In this document: positions 9,705 through 18,735 of the stretch, one piece after another
Position numbering within the stretch: position 1 is the first letter of the stretch
Layout: every line of letters begins with the position of its first letter
Source: Bacillota bacterium
Lineage (GTDB): Bacteria > Bacillota > Clostridia > Lachnospirales > Lachnospiraceae
Assembly: GCA_023410275.1 (NCBI GenBank)
Contig: JAEYPZ010000059.1
Span: forward strand, 20,137 to 84,136
DNA: 64,000 nt
Reading direction: 5' to 3'
Notes under the pieces: generated by a model
Told to the model about the DNA's origin: nothing
The model's input: only the letters and a program-made list of their open reading frames with translations
Database searches by the model: none
Translations under genes and position numbers: made by a program

Positions 9705-9766
9705 TGATAAGTTGAATAAAGTTTTTATATTAAAATTCAGCTTATATGGAATGAAGGAGGTTACCA

Positions 9767-10399
9767 ATGGAGTTAAAGAATCTTGTACTGGGTCCTGTAA
9801 GTACCAATTGCTATTTTCTAATTAATAAAGTGACAAAGGAAACGATTATTATAGACCCTGCCGACAGAGCGGACCGTATTATAGAAAAGCTCTCGGGGGA
9901 ACAGCTAATGCCTGTGGCGATTCTACTGACCCATGGGCATTTTGACCATATTATGGCAGTGGAAGAGGTGAGGAGTACCTATTCCATCCCATATTATATT
10001 CATGAGACGGATGCGGAATTGATGGAAGACCCTGACTTAAACGGCTCATTTCTGCTGAACCGGGATATTGCCGCCAAAAGGGACAGAGTGCTGAAGGATA
10101 AGGAGGTACTGACTCTCGCCGGTTTTTCCATAGAGGTTATCCACACACCCGGACATACCGCAGGCAGTGTCTGCTATTATATACCGGATGAAAAGGCTCT
10201 CTTTTCAGGAGACACCTTATTTTGCAACTCAGTGGGCAGAACGGATTTGCCTACGGGAAGCGATACGGTCATTCTGGCAAGCATAGAGGAAAGGCTTCTT
10301 CCTCTGCCGGAGGATACCAGGGTTTACCCGGGACACGGCATGATGACAACCATTGGCCATGAGAAAGAAAATAATCCTTATCTTAGGAGGCAATGGTGA
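9767..10399 (+). CDS. MBL-fold metallo-hydrolase
   Basis: THGHFDH, HTPGHT, FSGDTLF, YPGHG. Confidence 0.92.
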   Translation: MELKNLVLGPVSTNCYFLINKVTKETIIIDPADRADRIIEKLSGEQLMPVAILLTHGHFDHIMAVEEVRSTYSIPYYIHETDAELMEDPDLNGSFLLNRDIAAKRDRVLKDKEVLTLAGFSIEVIHTPGHTAGSVCYYIPDEKALFSGDTLFCNSVGRTDLPTGSDTVILASIEERLLPLPEDTRVYPGHGMMTTIGHEKENNPYLRRQW

Positions 10400-11889
10400 T
10401 TCAGATAAAATTAAGCGGGGATGACTATGAGAACGATGTCTATCCTCTGGTAAAAGCCTTTTACCCGGAAGAAGAAGTAAAGGTTCTAAGACAAAATACA
10501 GATAATGCTATCATAAAAGAATCCGTTACCATTACCGTGGATACTGTGGATTCTTCTCTTTGCGTTCTGGCCGGAACGGAAGAGAGGCAATTGTACAAAG
10601 AGGAAGCAAGAGTAAAAGCGGCAGAGGATGAAAGGGATATCCTTGCCAGAAAAAAGATAATCAGAAATCATTTAAAGAGAATGGTGTATCGCTGTTTGAA
10701 CAGTCTGACGGGAAAAGAGCTTCCCTGGGGGACCCTGACAGGAATAAGGCCCACGAAAATCCTGCTGGAAAAGCTTGAGGCAGGAGAAGCAAAGGAAGAT
10801 ATTTACCGGTACATGACGGAGGAATATTACTGCTCTGAAAAGAAGGCGGAATTAAGCCTTACCGTTGCAGGAAGAGAAAATGAACTGTTAAAGGATATGG
10901 ACTACCAAAATGGCTACAGCATCTATATCGGAATTCCCTTTTGTCCAAGTACCTGCCTGTATTGCTCCTTCACTTCCTTTTCCATCGAAAAATACGGGAA
11001 GCTGGTGGAAGGGTATTTGGACGCTTTGATGAAAGAAATACAGTATGCCTCAACGGTACTTAAGAATAAAAAGCTTACCTCCCTTTATATTGGAGGAGGT
11101 ACGCCAACGACCTTAAGTGAAGGACAGCTAAACAGGCTGCTTTCTTGCATTGATGACTATTTGAACCCCTCGGCAGCAATGGAATACACCGTAGAAGCCG
11201 GAAGGCCGGACAGCATCACGGAGGAAAAGCTGAAGCTGTTAAAGGCCCATGGTGTAGGCCGGATATCCATAAACCCCCAGACCATGCGGCAAAGGACCCT
11301 GGATTTAATCGGCAGAAGGCATACTGTCAGGCAGATAGAGGAAGCCTTTGTCCTGGCAAGAAAAACAGGCCATGACAATATCAACATGGATATTATAATC
11401 GGGCTTCCGGGAGAAAGAAAAGAAGACGTGGAATATACCCTTGAGGAAATCAGAAAATTGAATCCGGAAAGCCTTACCGTTCATACCCTTGCTCTAAAAA
11501 GAGCTTCCAGGCTGAATGTGAAAAAAGAGGAATATGAGACAGCGGACTTTGCAGAAGCTTCCAGCATGGCATGGCTGACGGCGGAATTTGCACAGAAAGA
11601 AGGTTACCGGCCATATTACCTCTACCGCCAGAAGAACATGGCGGGAAACCTGGAGAATACCGGCTATGCCAGAATGGGAAAGGAAGGCCTTTATAATATT
11701 CTCATAATGGAAGAAAAGCAGACGATTGTAGCTCTTGGAGCAGGGGCACAGTCAAAATTCGTATTTCATGATCAGAACCGAATCGAGCGGGTGGAGAATG
11801 TAAAAAGCCTTAAGGATTATCTGGAGAGAGTCGATGAAATGATTGAGAGAAAGAAAAGCTTTTTGGCAGAAAATGAACATCTGCTTTAG
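10393..11889 (+). CDS. hemZ: HemZ-type radical-SAM coproporphyrinogen dehydrogenase-like protein
   Basis: PWGTLTGIRPTK, CPSTCLYC, GGGTPT, YLYRQKN; conserved position after relA-MBL. Confidence 0.88.
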   Translation: MVIQIKLSGDDYENDVYPLVKAFYPEEEVKVLRQNTDNAIIKESVTITVDTVDSSLCVLAGTEERQLYKEEARVKAAEDERDILARKKIIRNHLKRMVYRCLNSLTGKELPWGTLTGIRPTKILLEKLEAGEAKEDIYRYMTEEYYCSEKKAELSLTVAGRENELLKDMDYQNGYSIYIGIPFCPSTCLYCSFTSFSIEKYGKLVEGYLDALMKEIQYASTVLKNKKLTSLYIGGGTPTTLSEGQLNRLLSCIDDYLNPSAAMEYTVEAGRPDSITEEKLKLLKAHGVGRISINPQTMRQRTLDLIGRRHTVRQIEEAFVLARKTGHDNINMDIIIGLPGERKEDVEYTLEEIRKLNPESLTVHTLALKRASRLNVKKEEYETADFAEASSMAWLTAEFAQKEGYRPYYLYRQKNMAGNLENTGYARMGKEGLYNILIMEEKQTIVALGAGAQSKFVFHDQNRIERVENVKSLKDYLERVDEMIERKKSFLAENEHLL

Positions 11890-11907
11890 AGAAAGGAGGC
11901 GTCTGTT

Positions 11908-12561
11908 TTGGAATCAGCCCGAGAAGTAATGGCAGAAGAGGTGGAGCTTAATAATATTTTGACGGATGATCTGGAGGAGGCCATTGACCATGGTATACTG
12001 GTAAGTAAGATAGCTTATCTGCTGGCAAAGGAGGCAGGCTGTGATGAAAATTTCTGCTACACTATGAAAAATGCCGGATTTGTACATGATGTCGGAAAGC
12101 TAAGACTTGGAAAATACCTGTATGGCAGTAACAGAAATACCCTGATCGTAGAAGAAATGAAATATATCCGTATGCATTCGGACATAGGGTACGATATCCT
12201 TCGAAAATATGGTTATAGTGAAGAAATACTAAATGCCGTGCTCTGCCATCATGAAAATTATGACGGTTCCGGATATCCGGGTAATCTGAAAGGACACCAG
12301 ATTCCCTTGGGAGCAAGGATACTGAGGATCTGTGATGTCTATGCAGCCTTAATATCCGACAGAAGGTACCGCTGCTCCTATCACAAGGAGGCGGCAATTC
12401 AGCTTATGATTGAAGAAGTAAAGAATTTTGATATGAAGCTGTTCCTTCATTTCTTAAGTATCGTTTATACCGATAGCTTTAAAGAAATCGACAGGTACGC
12501 CAGACAGATTAACAAAAAGAATTTTAGCTGGAAAAATATCCTCCATGATGGGACATACTAA
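11908..12561 (+). CDS. Stand-alone HD-GYP domain protein
   Basis: HDVGK, HHENYDGSGYP. Confidence 0.88.
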   Translation: MESAREVMAEEVELNNILTDDLEEAIDHGILVSKIAYLLAKEAGCDENFCYTMKNAGFVHDVGKLRLGKYLYGSNRNTLIVEEMKYIRMHSDIGYDILRKYGYSEEILNAVLCHHENYDGSGYPGNLKGHQIPLGARILRICDVYAALISDRRYRCSYHKEAAIQLMIEEVKNFDMKLFLHFLSIVYTDSFKEIDRYARQINKKNFSWKNILHDGTY

Positions 12562-12591
12562 TCAAGGTAAGCGCATGAAGGAAGTTTATGA

Positions 12592-12833
12592 AAACGGACG
12601 ATGACCAAGGAGGTTGTTTTGGAGTTTTGTTACGCGAGAACCCTTATTCCACTAAAGGGGCAGAAAACGTAACTGGCAGGTAGATCAGTGCCAAACTCGC
12701 TGTAACAAATTTGGCTGTGTCAGCTATCAAGCTCAAACAGTGGCACTGCTTTACCTAGTCACGTTTCCTGCCCCTTAAGTGGAATAAGGAACCTCTTGAG
12801 ACAAATCTCCAAAACAACCTCCTTGGTCATCTG
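12592..12833 (-). repeat. ~240-nt rod-like structured element, copy B
   Basis: Reverse complement has the same motif order and segment lengths as copies A and C; shared 5' leader extends to ~12870. Confidence 0.85.
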
Positions 12834-12882
12834 TGTATATCCATTATTTGGTCTCATGCGTTTGCCGTGACATACTAATTCG

Positions 12883-13077
12883 ATGCATATCACAAGCTTG
12901 CTTGTGATACTGCCTAAATAGAAAGATTAAAAATGCAGCGTATTTTTTAATCAAATCCCCATGCATATCACAAGCTTGCTTGTGATACTGCCTAAATAGA
13001 AAGATTAAAAATGCAACGCATTTTTTAATCTAATCCACTTACATATCACGAGCATGCTTGTGATACTGATTAAATTG
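12883..13077. repeat. 78-bp tandem repeat (2.5 units), each unit with two hairpins
   Basis: Units start at 12883, 12961, 13039; palindromes TATCACAAGC-TT-GCTTGTGATA and GATTAAAAATGC...GYATTTTTTAATC. Confidence 0.85.
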
Positions 13078-13252
13078 AATTATAAATATAACGCGTTATT
13101 CAAAATAAACCAGATTCATAACGCAGGCATTTACGAATGAAAGCGGCTGTTTGAGTTTAAGGGCCTGCGCGGTTGAAATTTCGGCATAAAAGCATTATAA
13201 TGAACCACGGATAGATTGAATAAAAAATAATAGAATATAGAAAGGAAAATAA

Positions 13253-14632
13253 ATGAGTAACAAGAACGCATGGTTAAAATATGAAGACGGGCAGTTATCG
13301 GACATTGCTGCCTTTAGTGAAGGTTATAAGGGATTTATCACCAACTGTAAGACAGAAAGGGAATGTGTCAGAGAGAGCATTAAGCTGGCAAAGGAAGAAG
13401 GCTTTCAGGATTTAAAGGAATATATCCGGACGGGAAGAAAATTAAAGGCAGGGGATAAGGTGTACATATCCAATATGGATAAGGCAATCGCCCTTTTTGT
13501 TATCGGAAGCCGCCCTTTGGAGGAAGGCTTAAAGATTCTGGGTGCCCACATTGATTCTCCCAGAATGGACTTAAAACAGGTTCCTTTGTATGAAGATACG
13601 GAGCTTGCTTTACTGGATACCCATTATTACGGCGGAATAAAGAAATACCAGTGGGTCACACTTCCTTTGGCTATCCATGGTGTAGTGGTGAAGAAGGATG
13701 GGACCGTATTAAATATCGTAATCGGGGAAGACAGGGAGGATCCGGTCATCGGTGTAACAGACCTCTTAATACATTTATCAGGGGCACAGCTTGAGAAGAA
13801 GGGTGCCAAGGTAGTCGAAGGCGAGGACTTAAACATATTGGTTGGCAGCATTCCTTTAAAGGGAGAAGAAAAAGATGCCGTAAAAGCCAATATAAATAAG
13901 ATATTAAAGGATAAATACGATATCGAAGAGGATGATTTCCTCTCTGCGGAATTAGAAATCGTTCCTGCCGGACAGGCAAGGGATTACGGCCTTGATAAGA
14001 GTATGGTAATGGGATACGGACAGGACGACAGAGTATGCTCCTATACCTCCTTACTGGCAATTCTTGACGTAAAAGAGACGGACAGAACCTGTGCCTGCAT
14101 ACTGGTCGATAAGGAAGAAATCGGAAGTGTCGGAGCCTCCGGCATGCATTCTAAGTTTTTTGAGAATACGGTTGCGGAGATGATAGCCCTGACCGGGGAG
14201 TATTCTGAATTAAAGGTCAGACGTGCCATGTCCAATTCCCATATGCTCTCCTCTGATGTAAGTGCTGCCTTTGATCCCAATTACCCTGCGGTGATGGAGA
14301 AGAAAAATGCTGCTTATTTCGGCCAGGGTATGGTATTTAACAAATATACCGGCTCCAGAGGAAAATCCAGCTCCAATGATGCCAATCCGGAATTTATGGC
14401 AAAGCTTCGTAAGATAATGGAAGATAATAAGGTGTCCTTCCAGACAGCGGAGCTTGGCAAGGTAGATGAAGGCGGCGGCGGAACCATTGCCTATATCATG
14501 GCTAACTATAACATGGAAGTAATAGACAGCGGTGTTGCAGTTCTCAATATGCATGCTCCCTGGGAAATCACCAGCAAGGTCGACATTTATGAGACCTATA
14601 AGGGGTATATTGCTTTCTTAAAGGATATGTAA
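13253..14632 (+). CDS. M18 family (aspartyl) aminopeptidase
   Basis: GAHIDSP, QDDRVC, KEEIGS, SSDV, MHAPWE. Confidence 0.92.
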   Translation: MSNKNAWLKYEDGQLSDIAAFSEGYKGFITNCKTERECVRESIKLAKEEGFQDLKEYIRTGRKLKAGDKVYISNMDKAIALFVIGSRPLEEGLKILGAHIDSPRMDLKQVPLYEDTELALLDTHYYGGIKKYQWVTLPLAIHGVVVKKDGTVLNIVIGEDREDPVIGVTDLLIHLSGAQLEKKGAKVVEGEDLNILVGSIPLKGEEKDAVKANINKILKDKYDIEEDDFLSAELEIVPAGQARDYGLDKSMVMGYGQDDRVCSYTSLLAILDVKETDRTCACILVDKEEIGSVGASGMHSKFFENTVAEMIALTGEYSELKVRRAMSNSHMLSSDVSAAFDPNYPAVMEKKNAAYFGQGMVFNKYTGSRGKSSSNDANPEFMAKLRKIMEDNKVSFQTAELGKVDEGGGGTIAYIMANYNMEVIDSGVAVLNMHAPWEITSKVDIYETYKGYIAFLKDM

Positions 14633-14745
14633 AAATAAAAAATTCTACCCCTTTCTTAAAGGTGGCAGAAATCATGTAACTACAGAAGTATTCAACCGGC
14701 TTATAGCTGCACTGCAAATCGGCAGGAAAGCAGAAAGAAAGGAGC

Positions 14746-15057
14746 TTGCACTTGGTAAGACATCTTGTTTTATGGAAGTATAAAGAAGAGCTGACAGAGG
14801 AAGAGAGAAACAAGCTGGGCGGAGAAGCAAAGAAAAAGCTGGAAGCCTTAAAGGAAATAATACCCGGTATACTGTCCTTAAAGGTAATAACAAAGACATT
14901 GCCTAGCGGAAGCGGTAACTGTGATTTGATGCTGGACAGTACCTTTATCAGTGAGGAAGCTCTGGACTTTTACCAGAATCATGAGGAGCATATAAAAGCG
15001 GCATCCTTTGTACGCAGTATTGTAGGCAGTCGTATCTGCGTGGATTACGAAGAGTAA
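14746..15057 (+). CDS. Dabb family (stress-responsive alpha/beta barrel) protein
   Basis: VRHLVLWK...IPGI...F.SEEAL..YQNHEEH...DYE. Confidence 0.85.
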   Translation: MHLVRHLVLWKYKEELTEEERNKLGGEAKKKLEALKEIIPGILSLKVITKTLPSGSGNCDLMLDSTFISEEALDFYQNHEEHIKAASFVRSIVGSRICVDYEE

Positions 15058-15102
15058 AAAAGATTTGTATAGCAATAAAGTAAGGAATATCAGGAGGATA
15101 TC

Positions 15103-16890
15103 ATGGCAGAGTCGATGAAGGGCTTGCACAGAAGCCACAGATGTACCGAGGTAACAAAGGCTATGACCGGTGAAAAAGTAACGGTTATGGGATGGGTACA
15201 AAAAAGCAGAAATAAAGGCGGTATCATATTCGTCGATCTAAGGGACCGTTCCGGGCTTCTTCAGATAATATTTGAAGAAGGGGATACAGGCCGGGAGGAT
15301 TTTGCAAAAGCAGAAAAGCTGAGAAGCGAATTCGTTATTGCAGTGGAAGGAAAGGTTGAGCTTCGTTCCGGCGGAATCAATGAAAATCTGGAGACAGGTG
15401 AAATTGAAGTAAGGGCTGGAAGCCTTCGGATACTTTCAGAAGCGGATACCCCTCCTTTCCCCGTTGAGGAAAACAGTAAGACAAAGGAAGAGCTGCGTTT
15501 AAAATACCGTTATCTTGACCTTAGAAGGCCGGATCTTCAGAAGAACCTTATTATGAGAAGTAAGGTAGCTACTCTAACAAGGCAGTTCCTTTCCGAAGAA
15601 GGTTTCCTTGAAATCGAAACTCCCATGCTCACAAAGAGCACGCCGGAAGGCGCCAGAGATTATCTGGTACCCAGCCGTGTACATCCCGGTAATTTCTATG
15701 CCCTGCCCCAGTCACCCCAGTTATTCAAGCAGCTTTTGATGTGCTCCGGCTATGACAGGTATTTTCAGATCGTAAAATGCTTCCGGGATGAAGATTTGCG
15801 TGCGGACCGCCAGCCGGAATTCACACAGATTGATATGGAGCTTTCTTTTGTGGATGTGGACGATGTAATCGGAGTAAACGAGAGGCTTCTGCAGAGAATG
15901 TTCAAGGAGACCATCGGTATTGAGGTTCCGCTGCCCATTCAGAGGATGACCTATAAAGAAGCAATGGAAAGATTCGGCTCGGATAAACCGGATATCCGTT
16001 TTGGCATGGAGCTGAAGGACGTGTCGGATACGGTAAGGTCATGCGGTTTTTCCGTGTTTACCGATGCCATTAATAAGGGCGGTTCCGTAAGAGGTATCAA
16101 TGCGGAAGGCCAGGGAGAGATGCCAAGAAAGAAAATAGATGCCCTGGTTCAGTTTGCAAAGGACTTTGGTGCAAAGGGCCTGGCATATCTTAGCATCAAT
16201 GGGGACGGTACCTATAAGTCTTCCTTTGCCAAGTTCATGACGGAAGAGGAATTGAAGGCACTTACGGAGAAAATGCAGGCGAAGCCCGGAGACCTTTTAT
16301 TCTTTGCGGCGGATGAGGATGATATTGTATTTGACGTACTTGGAAATTTACGTTTAGAGCTGGCAAGAGGTCTTGACCTCCTGAAAAAGGATGTATACAA
16401 ATTCTTATGGGTAACAGAATTTCCTCTTCTGGAATATTCCAAGGAAGAAGGAAGATATACGGCAAAGCACCATCCCTTTACCATGCCTATGGAGGAGGAT
16501 TTGGAGCTTCTTGATACCCTCCCTGATAAGGTACGTGCCAAAGCTTATGATATCGTACTGAACGGAACAGAAATCGGCGGCGGCAGTGTGAGAATATATC
16601 AAAATAATGTCCAGGAAAAGATGTTTGAAGTACTGGGCTTTACCAGGGAAGAAGCCTATGAGCGTTTCGGCTTCCTCTTAAACGCCTTTAAGTACGGTGT
16701 TCCCCCTCACGCTGGTCTTGCTTATGGACTGGACCGCCTTATTATGCTGATGGCTAAGGAGGACAGTATCCGTGATGTAATCGCCTTCCCCAAGGTCAAG
16801 GATGCCTCCTGCCTTATGACAGAAGCTCCGAATGTGGTGGATGCTAAGCAGCTGACTGAATTGGGAATTGGCATTACAGTAATGGAATAA
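15103..16890 (+). CDS. aspS: Aspartate--tRNA ligase
   Basis: FVDLRDRSG, TPEGARDY, FRDEDLRADRQPEF, PPHAGLAYGLDR. Confidence 0.97.
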   Translation: MAESMKGLHRSHRCTEVTKAMTGEKVTVMGWVQKSRNKGGIIFVDLRDRSGLLQIIFEEGDTGREDFAKAEKLRSEFVIAVEGKVELRSGGINENLETGEIEVRAGSLRILSEADTPPFPVEENSKTKEELRLKYRYLDLRRPDLQKNLIMRSKVATLTRQFLSEEGFLEIETPMLTKSTPEGARDYLVPSRVHPGNFYALPQSPQLFKQLLMCSGYDRYFQIVKCFRDEDLRADRQPEFTQIDMELSFVDVDDVIGVNERLLQRMFKETIGIEVPLPIQRMTYKEAMERFGSDKPDIRFGMELKDVSDTVRSCGFSVFTDAINKGGSVRGINAEGQGEMPRKKIDALVQFAKDFGAKGLAYLSINGDGTYKSSFAKFMTEEELKALTEKMQAKPGDLLFFAADEDDIVFDVLGNLRLELARGLDLLKKDVYKFLWVTEFPLLEYSKEEGRYTAKHHPFTMPMEEDLELLDTLPDKVRAKAYDIVLNGTEIGGGSVRIYQNNVQEKMFEVLGFTREEAYERFGFLLNAFKYGVPPHAGLAYGLDRLIMLMAKEDSIRDVIAFPKVKDASCLMTEAPNVVDAKQLTELGIGITVME

Positions 16891-16992
16891 TTTGAATAAT
16901 GTGCTGCATTTTTAAACTTACTATTTAAGCAGTACCGCAGATAAGTTTGTGACATGTTTTACAGTTAGTCAGCCATGTGCTGACAGAAAAAT

Positions 16993-17030
16993 AAGAAGCT
17001 TCATGCAGTTTGGACATGGAGCTTCTTTTT
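16993..17030 (+). terminator. Intrinsic terminator after aspS
   Basis: aagaagcttcatg...catggagcttc followed by a T run. Confidence 0.6.
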
Positions 17031-17075
17031 GTCTGGAGCTTAATAGGAAAACAGTTGCTTAAAAATGGTAGCTTG

Positions 17076-17342
17076 TCAGTGGAACCAATACAGCAATAAG
17101 CATATATGTACCAGTAATATGCAAGGCATACCCAATACAAATTTTTTGTGCTTGGTCTTGTGATGGAAAAAGAACATACCAAGGAGTGACCCAAGGCTGC
17201 CTCCGATTACAGATGAAAGAAAAAGTGTACTCTCTTTTATTCTCCATTTATTTTTTCTAGCCTTGTATTTGTCAATTCCCATAAGCAGAAAAGAAAAGGT
17301 GTTTACAAGTATGAAATAGATAAGCAGTAAATAATAATCCAA
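17076..17342 (-). CDS. DUF1294 family membrane protein
   Basis: GIDKYKA...WRIKE..L...GGSLG...HHKTKH.KF. Confidence 0.88.
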   Translation of the reverse strand: MDYYLLLIYFILVNTFSFLLMGIDKYKARKNKWRIKESTLFLSSVIGGSLGSLLGMFFFHHKTKHKKFVLGMPCILLVHICLLLYWFH

Positions 17343-17372
17343 TTTAATTCAAACCTCCTTACTGTGGCTTAC

Positions 17373-17783
17373 TTATTTTTTCTTATTGATTTTCTTCTCC
17401 AGAAAAGCCAATAACTGCTTTTTTTCACAATCGTTAAGTCTGCGAAAAAGGGCGAAAAGCCGTTTTTCATCCGGTGTAAGCTGTATTATCCGGGGTTTAT
17501 ATTGCGGCGGTTGCTCCTTTGCGGTATTATTAAGGTAATTTGTATCCTCATGAAAATATTCATCGTACATAGGCACCGTAGTTGAGTTAATAAAAACCTC
17601 TATATCAACGTTATACAGCTTGGACAGTTTCAATAATGATCTGTAATCGGGAGTGCGTATTCCAGCCTCATAGTGTGCATACCCTTGCCTTGTCATATTC
17701 AGGTACTCTGCTACTTTTGTCTGGGTATAGTGCCTAGAGGTCCTTAATTCCTTTAATTTGTCCTTAAGTAATAATTCTGGCAT
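17373..17783 (-). CDS. XRE-family helix-turn-helix regulator
   Basis: LKELR...TQ..VAEYL.MTRQ.Y..YEAG.R.PD. Confidence 0.88.
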   Translation of the reverse strand: MPELLLKDKLKELRTSRHYTQTKVAEYLNMTRQGYAHYEAGIRTPDYRSLLKLSKLYNVDIEVFINSTTVPMYDEYFHEDTNYLNNTAKEQPPQYKPRIIQLTPDEKRLFALFRRLNDCEKKQLLAFLEKKINKKK

Positions 17784-18041
17784 AGTTAACTCCCTTTTAA
17801 TGCGTATTTATAAAGAATCAGTGTAACAGTACTGCAGGATTATTTACCGGAATCATGTAACCTATCTAATTAAGTCAAATCGTATGATTTTCTCCTCTTT
17901 ATCTCCCAATATTTGTTTTATCATAGCTTAAAAAAATGTGTTATGATACTGTTAAATTATATAACAATTCCATTATTATCTCAATTTAAACTTTATTGGT
18001 AAGTTTAACGAGAAACCATATAGAAATTTCCAAAAAAATGT

Positions 18042-18070
18042 TTGACATAACCTTAATAAAGTGTTATGAT
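18042..18070 (+). promoter_or_regulatory. sigmaA promoter of the cold-shock gene
   Basis: TTGACA-N17-TATGAT with TG extension. Confidence 0.7.
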
Positions 18071-18132
18071 GAATTTGTTGCAGAAGATGCAATGAACTAT
18101 AAATGTAGATTATTTTATTTGGAGGAATTAAC

Positions 18133-18333
18133 ATGAACAAAGGTACAGTTAAATGGTTTAACAATCAAAAAGGTTTTGGTTTCATTTCCGACGAGCAGGG
18201 TAACGATGTATTCGTACACTACTCAGGACTTAACATGGATGGCTTCAAGTCTTTAGAAGAAGGACAAGAAGTTGCTTTTGATGTAGTTCAGGGAGCTAAG
18301 GGACCTCAGGCAACCAACGTAACAAAATTATAA
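18133..18333 (+). CDS. cspA: Cold-shock protein
   Basis: GTVKWFN..KGFGFI, DVFVH; 66 aa. Confidence 0.95.
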   Translation: MNKGTVKWFNNQKGFGFISDEQGNDVFVHYSGLNMDGFKSLEEGQEVAFDVVQGAKGPQATNVTKL

Positions 18334-18438
18334 TCATCAAGTTTCAGTGTACCTTTTTCTTGATATATAAATTTTAAGAATCTAATTTTTAATTTTTTAT
18401 ACAGAAAATAGCTATATTGTAATAAACGAGATTGATTG

Positions 18439-18468
18439 AAAGGTTATCCTTCGGGATAACCTTTTTTT
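18439..18468 (+). terminator. Intrinsic terminator
   Basis: aaaggttatcc-ttcg-ggataacc followed by T7. Confidence 0.8.
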
Positions 18469-18480
18469 GTAAAAATCTTT

Positions 18481-18704
18481 CGTTACTTAATTTATTTTCA
18501 CACTTTTAATTTGTTTTCCCTATTTAATTTCTTTCACTACTTAATTTGTTTTCGCTACTTAGTTCGCTTTCACTGCTTAATTTGTTTTCACTACTTAATT
18601 TGTTTTCGAACTTAGTTCGCTTTCACTGCTTAATTTGTTTTCACTACTTAATTCGTTTTACAACTTAATTTATTTCGCTTCTTAATTAGTATTCACTATT
18701 TATT
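18481..18704. repeat. ~18-bp minisatellite, about 12 units, consensus CACTACTTAATTTGTTTT
   Basis: Directly visible tandem units with a 3-unit higher-order repeat. Confidence 0.85.
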
Positions 18705-18735
18705 TAGGAATGCCGCAAGGATATCTGCGGTATGC

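Noticed and set aside
12883..13077. CRISPR array
   Set aside because: The sequences between palindromes are near-identical rather than unique spacers, and there are no cas genes in the window.
14633..15102. T-box leader for aspS
   Set aside because: No T-box consensus (AAnnnGGTGGnACC-like) with a terminator; the region is mostly the Dabb CDS.
18481..18704. CRISPR array or repeat-protein ORF
   Set aside because: Units are contiguous with no spacers, and variable unit length breaks the reading frames.
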